Below are positions 7,800 through 15,023 of a stretch of 33,418 nucleotides of DNA, one piece after another. Positions within the stretch are counted from its first letter, which is position 1; each line of letters opens with the position of its first letter. The notes below the pieces were generated by a model. It had not been told where the DNA came from, did no database searches, and saw only the letters and a program-made list of their open reading frames with translations. Source of the DNA: a virus (taxonomy: Duplodnaviria > Caudoviricetes); the IMG/VR virus record IMGVR_UViG_3300011339_000572, positions 1 through 33,418 of that record, one strand, 5' to 3'. The translations under genes were made by a program, and so were the position numbers.

Positions 7800-7882
7800 G
7801 CGGGGTTAGTTCAAGTGCCGCAATGACGGCCAAGGTAGAACGCGCCATTGGTGCAATGGGAGTTCGAGTCTCCCACTTCGCT
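7800..7882 (+). ncRNA. tRNA-like RNA 1 (no anticodon loop; hairpin inserted in D loop)
   Basis: Acceptor GCGGGGT/ACTTCGC; TA linker; D stem GTTC/GAAC with GG and inserted GCCG-CAATGA-CGGC; GCGCC-ATT-GGTGC arm; perfect T arm GGGAG-TTCGAGT-CTCCC. Confidence 0.75.
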
Positions 7883-7949
7883 CTTTGCATTGGGTTTTGG
7901 TTTGGATTAAGGACAAGATCGCCCTGCGTTTCTACGCTGGGGCTTTTAT
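7883..7949 (+). ncRNA. Candidate small RNA: CAU + GU tract + UUUCUA-loop hairpin (copy 2)
   Basis: CAT 7888-7890, TGGGTTTTGGTTTGGATTAA, hairpin GCCCTGCG-TTTCTA-CGCTGGGGC (7921-7943), then TTTT. Lies between two tRNA-like folds. Confidence 0.5.
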
Positions 7950-8036
7950 GGTCAGCTGGCTGAATGGCATCAGCTTTTGAGGGTTGCATCTCCGTTATGC
8001 GTAATGCCTTCCATGGGTTCGATTCCCGACTGACCG
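7950..8036 (+). ncRNA. tRNA-like RNA 2 (elongated anticodon arm, weak T stem)
   Basis: Acceptor GGTCAG/CTGACC; D arm GCTG-AATGGCAT-CAGC; long arm GAGGG..TGCAT-CTCCGTT-ATGCG..CCTTC; T arm GGG-TTCGATT-CCC. Confidence 0.65.
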
Positions 8037-8058
8037 CGTCACAAAAACACACACACAC

Positions 8059-8340
8059 ATGTTACAAGCACTGAAAAAAACCATGAACAACATTGAAGAC
8101 AAGGTCAACGCATTTGTCACACCTGACCCGCTGATGAGGCAGGAAGGTGGTGAGCACTATAAGGGCATGAAGATTCAACCAGTGGAGTTCGTCCATGCCA
8201 ACAACATCCCTTACCTGGAAGGGTGCGCCATCAAATACCTTTGCAGGCATCGGGCAAAGGGTGGCGTGGTGGACTTGCTGAAGGCCAAGCACTATATTGA
8301 TCTCATCATATCACTTGAGTATAAAAACCAGCAGCCATGA
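8059..8340 (+). CDS. DUF3310 family protein (T7 gp1.7-like nucleotide kinase / SaV-like)
   Basis: GGEHY...IQPVEF...EGCAIKYLCR...KGG..DLLKAKHYID signature. Confidence 0.88.
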   Translation: MLQALKKTMNNIEDKVNAFVTPDPLMRQEGGEHYKGMKIQPVEFVHANNIPYLEGCAIKYLCRHRAKGGVVDLLKAKHYIDLIISLEYKNQQP

Positions 8341-8609
8341 AACTATACACCGAAAAACAGTTACGAGATGCTGTTAAATCTGCTCTCAATGGTATTGGTA
8401 TTCAATCAACAGACGATATAACGGATATTATTTTGTCTGAAATGACGCCAATATTAGTGCCGAAATTACCTAACATCAAAGAAGCGGCAAATGACCTAAG
8501 CCCTTTACTTCTTGCACATGATAAGCCGGAGATATTCATTGAAGGTGCTGCATGGACAGCTGTGCAAATAAAAGAACAGATTATGAAATTAAACCATATT
8601 CAGCCATGA
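8337..8609 (+). CDS. Hypothetical protein (AT-rich)
   Basis: ATGA-coupled at both ends. MKLYTEKQLRDA start and FIEGAAW motif seen in small phage proteins. Confidence 0.75.
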   Translation: MKLYTEKQLRDAVKSALNGIGIQSTDDITDIILSEMTPILVPKLPNIKEAANDLSPLLLAHDKPEIFIEGAAWTAVQIKEQIMKLNHIQP

Positions 8610-8815
8610 ACCGATCACACAACGCTATCAAGAAGTTCATAGACGAACTGCCCCCAGAGTTCGATGCCATCAAGCACAAAGCAGAGAAGCTGCTCGATGC
8701 CCATCGGGACGATGTCATTGCAGCATACGTACATGCCGGCGATGGCTACCTTGACAAAGATGCTCTCATTGAATCAGCGGAGGCCTATTATGAGAAGCGT
8801 CACACCACCCTCTGA
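8606..8815 (+). CDS. Hypothetical protein
   Basis: Start moved to the ATGA overlap at 8606. C-terminal AEAYYEK resembles AEQYYNE of 4846-5094. Confidence 0.7.
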   Translation: MNRSHNAIKKFIDELPPEFDAIKHKAEKLLDAHRDDVIAAYVHAGDGYLDKDALIESAEAYYEKRHTTL

Positions 8816-9080
8816 AGCGGCCATTCAGCGTCAGGTGATGAATGCGCTGGAGAAGGAAGGGTGGATGTGCGTAAAGCTCATCCAGACCAACCTAAACGGC
8901 ATGCCTGACCTTCTTTGCTTGCGGCATGGCATGACTATGTTTATTGAGGTGAAGAACGAGACGGGGAAGCCATCTCCGATGCAACTGCATCGCATAGAGA
9001 AGCTGAAGAACTGCGGGTTCGGTGCTTATGTGGTATCAAGCGTGAAACAACTTTATCTTTTAGGATTAATCAGTGAATAA
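8790..9080 (+). CDS. VRR-NUC domain endonuclease / resolvase
   Basis: SEAAIQ...GMPDLLCL...FIEVK...GKPSPMQ motifs. Start moved to ATG 8790. Confidence 0.9.
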   Translation: MRSVTPPSEAAIQRQVMNALEKEGWMCVKLIQTNLNGMPDLLCLRHGMTMFIEVKNETGKPSPMQLHRIEKLKNCGFGAYVVSSVKQLYLLGLISE

Positions 9081-9451
9081 TGCAACTCACAGAGAACTTC
9101 CATCTGCATGAATTTTCCTGCAATGACGGCACCGGTGTACCGCCGGTATATCTTGATAATGTCGAGAAACTTGCCAAGAACTTGCAGATATTGCGTGACC
9201 ACATCAAGCAACCCATCAGCATCAACTCCGCGTACCGGCATCGTGCGTACAACACCAAGATCGGGGGCAAGCCGAACAGTCAGCACCTGACCGCAAGCGC
9301 GGCAGACATCACCGTCAAATCAATGTCACCGCGTAAACTCAAGGGGGTCATTGAGAAGCTGATTGCGCAGAAAAAGTTGTGGTTCGGTGGGGTCGGACTT
9401 TACCCAGGATTTGTTCATGTGGACATAAGGGATACTCCCGCGCGGTGGTAG
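9080..9451 (+). CDS. Peptidase M15A family zinc peptidase, probable endolysin
   Basis: NF...EFSC, INSAYR, SQHLTASAADI (SxHx6D), FVHVDIR. Confidence 0.9.
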   Translation: MQLTENFHLHEFSCNDGTGVPPVYLDNVEKLAKNLQILRDHIKQPISINSAYRHRAYNTKIGGKPNSQHLTASAADITVKSMSPRKLKGVIEKLIAQKKLWFGGVGLYPGFVHVDIRDTPARW

Positions 9452-9459
9452 TACCTTTG
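9452..9459 (+). promoter_or_regulatory. Possible Bacteroidota -7 promoter box TACCTTTG
   Basis: TAnnTTTG match in the short gap before 9476. No clear -33 box. Confidence 0.4.
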
Positions 9460-9475
9460 AGCAACCACAAGAAGA

Positions 9476-10465
9476 ATGAGCAAAGCAGAATTGTGCAGGC
9501 AAGCGCGTGAGAAATACGGATGGGAGATGCCGACCTTGAAGCTCGCGCGGATAATTTACGATGAGAACAAGTTAAGGTTCAAGGACGTTGAAGCAGTCAG
9601 AACATTGCTGCGCACCATAGAGCGGAAGAATGGCAGTTCGACAAATGGCGTGAAGGTTTCCGCACCGATTGAGTACCAAGAGAACCACCGGCCACGCAAC
9701 CCGTACAAGCTACCGGAGAGTTCAGAGACCACTTACGAGCCATACATTGTGCCCGGCAAGCGCATCTTGGTGCTATCTGACATCCACATCCCATATCACT
9801 CCATTGAGGCACTAACGGCAGCTCTTGACTTCGCAAAGAAAGAGCCGATTGACACGATTGTTCTGAATGGGGATACGCTCGACTTCCACGGGTTGAGCCG
9901 GTTCGTCAAAGACCCAAAGGCAAGGAGCGTGGCGCATGAGCTGGCTGCTTTCAAGGAGTTCATGATCGCGCTGCGGGCATTGTTTCCAAAGAGTCATATA
10001 ATTTACAAAATGGGCAACCATTGCGAAAGATATGACCATTTTCTCATTCAGAAGGCACATGAGATCATTGGGGTGGAGGAGTTCGATTTCCGAAATATCA
10101 TCAAGGCAAGGGCAGAAGGCATTGAGGTGGTGGGCGAAAAGCGCATCTTGAAGCTGGGGGCTTTGAACCTGGTTCATGGCCATGAGTTCGGTGGCTCGAT
10201 ATTCTCACCGGTAAACATTGCCAGGGGCTTGTTCCTGCGCGGGAAGGTGAGTGCCATGCAGGGGCACAACCATCAGACAAGTGAACACACAGAAAGCAAC
10301 ATGAACGGAGAGATCACCACGACCTATTCGGTCGGATGCCTTTGTGAGCTTCATCCGGCATATCTTCCAATCAACAAGTGGAATCACGGGTTCGCCATTG
10401 TTGAGGTAGATGGGCAAGCATTCCATGTGCGCAATTACCGAATTCATAAAGGGGAGGTTTTATGA
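9476..10465 (+). CDS. Calcineurin-like metallophosphoesterase with N-terminal helical domain
   Basis: SDIH, GDTLD, GNH, HGH and GHNH metal-binding motifs. Confidence 0.9.
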   Translation: MSKAELCRQAREKYGWEMPTLKLARIIYDENKLRFKDVEAVRTLLRTIERKNGSSTNGVKVSAPIEYQENHRPRNPYKLPESSETTYEPYIVPGKRILVLSDIHIPYHSIEALTAALDFAKKEPIDTIVLNGDTLDFHGLSRFVKDPKARSVAHELAAFKEFMIALRALFPKSHIIYKMGNHCERYDHFLIQKAHEIIGVEEFDFRNIIKARAEGIEVVGEKRILKLGALNLVHGHEFGGSIFSPVNIARGLFLRGKVSAMQGHNHQTSEHTESNMNGEITTTYSVGCLCELHPAYLPINKWNHGFAIVEVDGQAFHVRNYRIHKGEVL

Positions 10466-10692
10466 TGGACACAGAGATAAAAGATGTGCCGGAGAGCGTC
10501 GAAGACTCTGAGTATTTGCTGGGTGTTATCGAGTGCCAACTGCAAGTCATTGTTACCATCAGCGAGATGGACAGTGACCTTTACGATGACCTGGATGAAG
10601 ACCGCGTCAAGACAATGAGCGGGGCATTCAGGCTGATCAGAGAGGCACAAAGAAAAATATCGGAGGATGTGAAAAAAATGGGGAAGGGGTAG
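10462..10692 (+). CDS. Acidic hypothetical protein
   Basis: 76-aa ORF with ATGA overlap. Confidence 0.75.
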   Translation: MMDTEIKDVPESVEDSEYLLGVIECQLQVIVTISEMDSDLYDDLDEDRVKTMSGAFRLIREAQRKISEDVKKMGKG

Positions 10693-10700
10693 TATATTTG
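10693..10700 (+). promoter_or_regulatory. Bacteroidota -7 promoter box TATATTTG (replication operon)
   Basis: Exact TAnnTTTG immediately upstream of a structured leader. Confidence 0.65.
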
Positions 10701-10709
10701 CGATGTAAT

Positions 10710-10814
10710 CCGATGTAGCCCACGCATCGGGGTGCGCTTAATAGTCGCCACATATTGGCAGGGCGGTACTCTTCGGGTGCCGGTGGGCCCCTGCCGATAT
10801 GTGGCTTTTATTTT
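10710..10814 (+). ncRNA. Structured leader: two hairpins with loop-bulge complementarity and a U tract (attenuator-like)
   Basis: Hairpin CCGATGT-AGCCCAC-GCATCGG; 17-bp stem 10747-10763/10789-10805; 6-nt bulge GTGGGC (10783-10788) complementary to loop GCCCAC (10718-10723); TTTTATTTT follows. Confidence 0.75.
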
Positions 10815-10820
10815 AATGTT

Positions 10821-11156
10821 ATGAGTAAATATGTAAAACTTTTATTGCAAAGTGGTGAAGTATTATCATTTGAAATTATTACACCTTACCCAATTGATTA
10901 TCCCATTATGTGCAGTATTGCAGAAAATAGGCTTGCTGCTGAATTAGATTTACATAAAATGAGGATTCTTGCCGAAAATTACAGACCAGTTTATAACGAT
11001 GGCAATAGAATAATTTCTATGTGTGTTGGCGTCAGTAACATCACGGTTTATTTATTAAATGAACCAACTGATGAAGAAAGGCAGAGAATCATTGATTTGT
11101 GGTCATTGTCAATGCAAATGGGTTATTGTGAAGTAAAGAGATCAAATATTTTCTAA
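10821..11156 (+). CDS. AT-rich hypothetical protein (moron-like), 111 aa
   Basis: ATG 10821 follows the leader; the track's start at 10755 lies inside the hairpin. Stop overlaps the primase ATG (TAATG). Confidence 0.7.
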   Translation: MSKYVKLLLQSGEVLSFEIITPYPIDYPIMCSIAENRLAAELDLHKMRILAENYRPVYNDGNRIISMCVGVSNITVYLLNEPTDEERQRIIDLWSLSMQMGYCEVKRSNIF

Positions 11157-13753
11157 TGGCAAAAATCACTGACATCATCCGCGAACTGCATGCCGATGGT
11201 CTGCATGTTCTTCCGCTTCGGCACAATGGCGAGAAGTTCATACACCCGCAGTACAGCGGTAGCTTTGACAAGCCGTTCAGTACGGAAGAGCTTGAGAAGT
11301 TCTTTGCCGATGGCTTCAACAATGCCTATGCCGTCATTCACGGCAAATGCAACCCATACCTAAAGTGTCTTGACTTCGATGAGAAGAACGCGCCTGGCAA
11401 AGACCTTTATGGCACATGGCAGATGCTTGTTGATCCAGATCTATTGTCAAAACTGGTCATCGAACGGACGCGCAGCAATGGCTATCACGTTTATTTTCTC
11501 TGCACTAATAAAGTGGTGGAGAAGGCATTGGCATCATCTGCCACCGGGCAGGAGTGGATCGCCTGCAGAAGCTCGGAGATGCACGGCCTTGTTTATGCTG
11601 CACCTTCGCCAGGCTACACCTACCATCAAGGCAGCCTATTCGACCTTCAGGAGATCACTGGTGATGAGATGGCGCAGTTATGCGATGCCGCATGTCAACT
11701 TAATGAGTACACCGGGGAGAAAAACTTCAAAAGCACCAGCCTGGCGCCTGTGCAGATGCCGGCAAATTATGCTCCTGCGCTTCGGGCATTTGATAGGGAG
11801 ATATCTGATGAATACATACTTGGGTTCCTGCAGGATCAAGGGTGGACGATAAGCGACAGAGTAAGAAGAGGTAAGGTCAATGGAGAAGATTGGCAATACG
11901 TGCCATGCTGGAGGCCTGGAAGAGATGACAAGGAGCCGGTCAGTGCGAGGTATTGGCTTCAGAACAAGAGATTGTCAGTCTTCACGACATCAACCGACTT
12001 CCCGGCATGGGACTCCGGCCAATCGTTCAGCCACTCACCTTCACGGGTGCTTTACTTTATGATGAACCGGGATTGGAAGGCAGTGATGTCTTTCATTGGT
12101 GAGAAGGCAGATGAACTGCAAGTGAAGATCCCGGAGGTCACACCGATGGCTTTTGCGAACCCGGTGAGGGGTGGTGAAGTGTGGAAGGTGGAGGTAAAGG
12201 GCATCATCGAATGGGCAGAGCGGGCAGGCTTCTGCTGGATGCGGATGTCGGCAAGCAGTGACACGGTGGTGGAGCTGATCCGGGTGGTGGACAATATCAT
12301 CTATGTATGTGATGAGAAGGATTTGCTCCGCGCTTACCGGGAAGAAGTCGAAGCTAACTACAACGGGGAGCAGAGCAGCAGAGTGCTGCATGCGTTCATG
12401 CCGTCAGTGTTCAAATACATGAGCGCACTGCCAAACTTTGACGGCGAACTGATGCGGGATGAGAAGGACTGCAGTTACATGTATTTTTCCAATGGCGCAC
12501 TGCGCATCTCTGCCGGCAATGTCAGCCTGGTAAAATACTCTGATCTCCCAGGGTGCGTCTTTGCCCGACATATCAAGAACTTTGAGTACAAAGGGCACCA
12601 AGGCACCGGTGACTTTGCAAAGTTTATCGGGTTCGTCTCTGTGGATGATGACCACCGCCGGCACATTATGTCATGCCTTGGGTATATTCTGCACCATTAC
12701 AAGCTTCGGAACTACGCGAAGGCCTTGATGATCATCGAGGATGTGGAAGACCAGGAAGAGGCGCGTGGAAGATCAGGAAAGGGCTTGATCGCGCAGTTCA
12801 TTGAGTGGATCAGGTGGACGGTGCAGCAGGATGGACGGAACTACAAGAGTGACAGTCAATTTAAGATGCAACAGATCGTGCCAGGGGTGCAAGTGTTCTA
12901 CCTCAATGACCCTGCACCTAACGTGCTGATGAACCAATTTTACAACTTCATCACAGATGATTGGCTGGTCGAATCGAAGGGGAAAAAGAGCTACACTATC
13001 CCGTTCAAGCATTCTCCCAAGATAATGATCACGACCAATTATCTGCCGAATCTTGAGAGTGATTCAGACAAGGATCGTTTCATTGTGATGGCCATCAAAA
13101 AGCACTACGGCAGCCACCGGAGCATCCGTGATGACTTCCCGGATGTCATCTTCTTTTCTGAAGATTGGCCGCATGCTGACAAGCTGATGGCCATAAACTT
13201 TGCCATAGAGTGCATCCAGTTATATCTCAATCATGGTGTTGTGAACTACACCAGCGAGCCGATGAAGCGGAACGCTGCCCAAAGGATCATCAAGAACCTT
13301 GTGCCGGAGGCACTCATTGAGTGCCTTGAGCAGGCAATGGAGGCATGCAGGGCATCTGACAGCGCATACCAATTCGGTGAGCTTTTGAAGCCGTACGACC
13401 TGAAGAAGGACACAAGCGAGAGCATGTCAAAAGCCTTTGATTGGAAAAGCAGGAAGGAGCTGATCATCTACAAGTCTGCACTTTATCAATATGTCACAAA
13501 AGCATATTCTATGAAGAATATGACTGACCGGGTATTTGGGAAGAAAGTCAATACCTACCTTGAGAAGTCTGGATATGAATTTGAAAGCACCAGAAACAAC
13601 ACCAAAGGCATCCGGATATTGGTGCAACTTAACTCAAATCCTTACGGCATTCCTGAAAATTCAACTGCACGCGATGCAGTCAAAATGCAGTCAAAAACAG
13701 ACAAAAACGAGATAAGTGGCAAAATTGACGATCTTGAAGATGCGCCATTCTGA
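11156..13753 (+). CDS. Primase-polymerase (Prim-Pol/AEP) fused to a P-loop helicase
   Basis: N-terminal CLDFDEKN and RTRSNGYHVYF (AEP motifs), APSPGY. C-terminal Walker A GRSGKG, Walker B-like FYLND, IMITTNY (SF3-like motif C). Acidic DDLEDAPF tail. Confidence 0.88.
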   Translation: MAKITDIIRELHADGLHVLPLRHNGEKFIHPQYSGSFDKPFSTEELEKFFADGFNNAYAVIHGKCNPYLKCLDFDEKNAPGKDLYGTWQMLVDPDLLSKLVIERTRSNGYHVYFLCTNKVVEKALASSATGQEWIACRSSEMHGLVYAAPSPGYTYHQGSLFDLQEITGDEMAQLCDAACQLNEYTGEKNFKSTSLAPVQMPANYAPALRAFDREISDEYILGFLQDQGWTISDRVRRGKVNGEDWQYVPCWRPGRDDKEPVSARYWLQNKRLSVFTTSTDFPAWDSGQSFSHSPSRVLYFMMNRDWKAVMSFIGEKADELQVKIPEVTPMAFANPVRGGEVWKVEVKGIIEWAERAGFCWMRMSASSDTVVELIRVVDNIIYVCDEKDLLRAYREEVEANYNGEQSSRVLHAFMPSVFKYMSALPNFDGELMRDEKDCSYMYFSNGALRISAGNVSLVKYSDLPGCVFARHIKNFEYKGHQGTGDFAKFIGFVSVDDDHRRHIMSCLGYILHHYKLRNYAKALMIIEDVEDQEEARGRSGKGLIAQFIEWIRWTVQQDGRNYKSDSQFKMQQIVPGVQVFYLNDPAPNVLMNQFYNFITDDWLVESKGKKSYTIPFKHSPKIMITTNYLPNLESDSDKDRFIVMAIKKHYGSHRSIRDDFPDVIFFSEDWPHADKLMAINFAIECIQLYLNHGVVNYTSEPMKRNAAQRIIKNLVPEALIECLEQAMEACRASDSAYQFGELLKPYDLKKDTSESMSKAFDWKSRKELIIYKSALYQYVTKAYSMKNMTDRVFGKKVNTYLEKSGYEFESTRNNTKGIRILVQLNSNPYGIPENSTARDAVKMQSKTDKNEISGKIDDLEDAPF

Positions 13754-13807
13754 AAAAAATGGTCAAATCATGCAGTGTGACAATATTGGTGCAAGGAAAA
13801 TTTTATC

Positions 13808-13969
13808 ACTGCACTGGCTTGACTGCACTCGCGCGGCATTGACCTTCAACGAGTTACACGGTTAGTGCAGTTAGTGCAGTTAATTTTCTTATTTTATATA
13901 TAAAGTAGTAAAATAAAATAATATATATATATAGAGTAGAAATCGGTTTTGTCACTGCACTACTGCACT
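13808..13969. repeat. Putative replication origin: six ACTGCACT iterons around an AT-rich core
   Basis: ACTGCACT at 13808, 13822, 13954, 13962; reverse complement AGTGCAGT at 13864, 13873; almost pure A/T at 13881-13933. Confidence 0.75.
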
Positions 13970-13997
13970 GGCATCATCAGGAACAAAAACGAAACAC

Positions 13998-14204
13998 ATG
14001 GAAAAAAATCATCTTGTCGTACTTGACGTGACCAAAGACGGGGTCAAGGCACATGGCCCGCTAAATGAGCTGCAAGCCGTCACCGTGATCACCCGCATGA
14101 TGGAGGATCAGCCCATGAGGGTGGCACATGAGGTGCCGAGGGTATGGGTGGCAAACCTTGAAACCGGAGAAATCAAAAAACCAATTCTAAAAATCGCATT
14201 ATGA
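13998..14204 (+). CDS. Hypothetical protein
   Basis: 68-aa ORF with AAACAC leader, ATGA-coupled to the next gene. Confidence 0.75.
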   Translation: MEKNHLVVLDVTKDGVKAHGPLNELQAVTVITRMMEDQPMRVAHEVPRVWVANLETGEIKKPILKIAL

Positions 14205-14668
14205 GCAACCACACACAGAAAAGCGTTCAGCGGGTAATTGATGCCATCTGCCAGGCATTCGGGGTAAGTGAAGAACAACTATCCAGCAGGACAAGAGTCA
14301 GGGAGATAGTCAGCGCACGGCACATGTTCTACAAGATCGGGCGGGACATGCTTGGCATGACCTACAAGACCTTGGGCAGTACCCTGACAATGGGTCGCAA
14401 AGGCTACGACCATTCAACGGTCATGCACGCCATTGATGCCATAAACGACCTCATGAGCATCAAGGATGAGATCGTCACTGCGAAGTACAACGAGGTCATG
14501 AGCATCATCCGGCAGAAGTCAGACAAGGTGACCACTGTTCACATCAAGGTTTGGCCTGATCAGGCTACCTTGCTTTTCCGCTTCCTTCAGCGGGAAGAGA
14601 TACCGTTCACGGTGCTGGATTCCGTAATTTCGCATGAGACAAAAAACGAAACAAATGGCACTGAATAA
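14201..14668 (+). CDS. DnaA C-terminal (domain IV) HTH-like DNA-binding protein
   Basis: ICQAFGVSEEQLSSRTRVREIVSARHMF...LGMTYKTLG...DHSTVMHA matches the DnaA domain IV signature. No AAA+ domain. Confidence 0.85.
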   Translation: MSNHTQKSVQRVIDAICQAFGVSEEQLSSRTRVREIVSARHMFYKIGRDMLGMTYKTLGSTLTMGRKGYDHSTVMHAIDAINDLMSIKDEIVTAKYNEVMSIIRQKSDKVTTVHIKVWPDQATLLFRFLQREEIPFTVLDSVISHETKNETNGTE

Positions 14669-15023
14669 GCAGGAGATGATTGACAAGGCTCTTGCGATAA
14701 TACCGCAGGAAGAATGCGTCACGCTTGAAGAAGTGTGGCTCTTCCTTGGCATCACACGCACCACGGCATTTAACTACGAGCTTAACAAGGTTGACGAGAT
14801 AAAAGAGGCTGTTCAGAATGAGAAGATCAAGGTCAAAAAGAAGCTCCGGCGCAGATGGCGAGATTCCGACAACGCCACCCTCCAGATAGCAGAGTTCAAG
14901 CTCTGCTCCGATGACGAGGAACTTGCACGGCTGAACACCCAGAAGGTGAATGCTGACATCGCCGTGACCGGAAAGGGCAGGGTGATCATGGAAATGCCTG
15001 ACGATGCAGATGCAACCTCCTGA
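14655..15023 (+). CDS. terS: Putative terminase small subunit
   Basis: Immediately upstream of TerL, HTH-like N-terminus (LEEVWLFLGITRTTAFNY). Start moved to ATG 14655. Confidence 0.7.
   Translation: MALNKQEMIDKALAIIPQEECVTLEEVWLFLGITRTTAFNYELNKVDEIKEAVQNEKIKVKKKLRRRWRDSDNATLQIAEFKLCSDDEELARLNTQKVNADIAVTGKGRVIMEMPDDADATS

Noticed and set aside
7950-8036. Functional tRNA-Arg(CCG)
   Set aside because: Arm lengths, the weak T stem, a pyrimidine at position 37 and the absence of CCA do not fit a decoding tRNA. Kept as tRNA-like only.
7528-8058. 176-aa minus-strand ORF
   Set aside because: It runs antisense through the tRNA-like folds and a good + strand lipoprotein gene, and has no recognisable motifs.
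10755-10820. Upstream ORF extensions in the supplied track (also 2048, 2518, 5042, 8552, 8664, 21318, 25505)
   Set aside because: These starts fall in promoters, hairpins or upstream genes. Downstream ATG/GTG codons have better leaders or stop-start coupling.
14201-14668. Captured host dnaA or host contamination
   Set aside because: Only domain IV is present, and it is coupled to phage genes on both sides.
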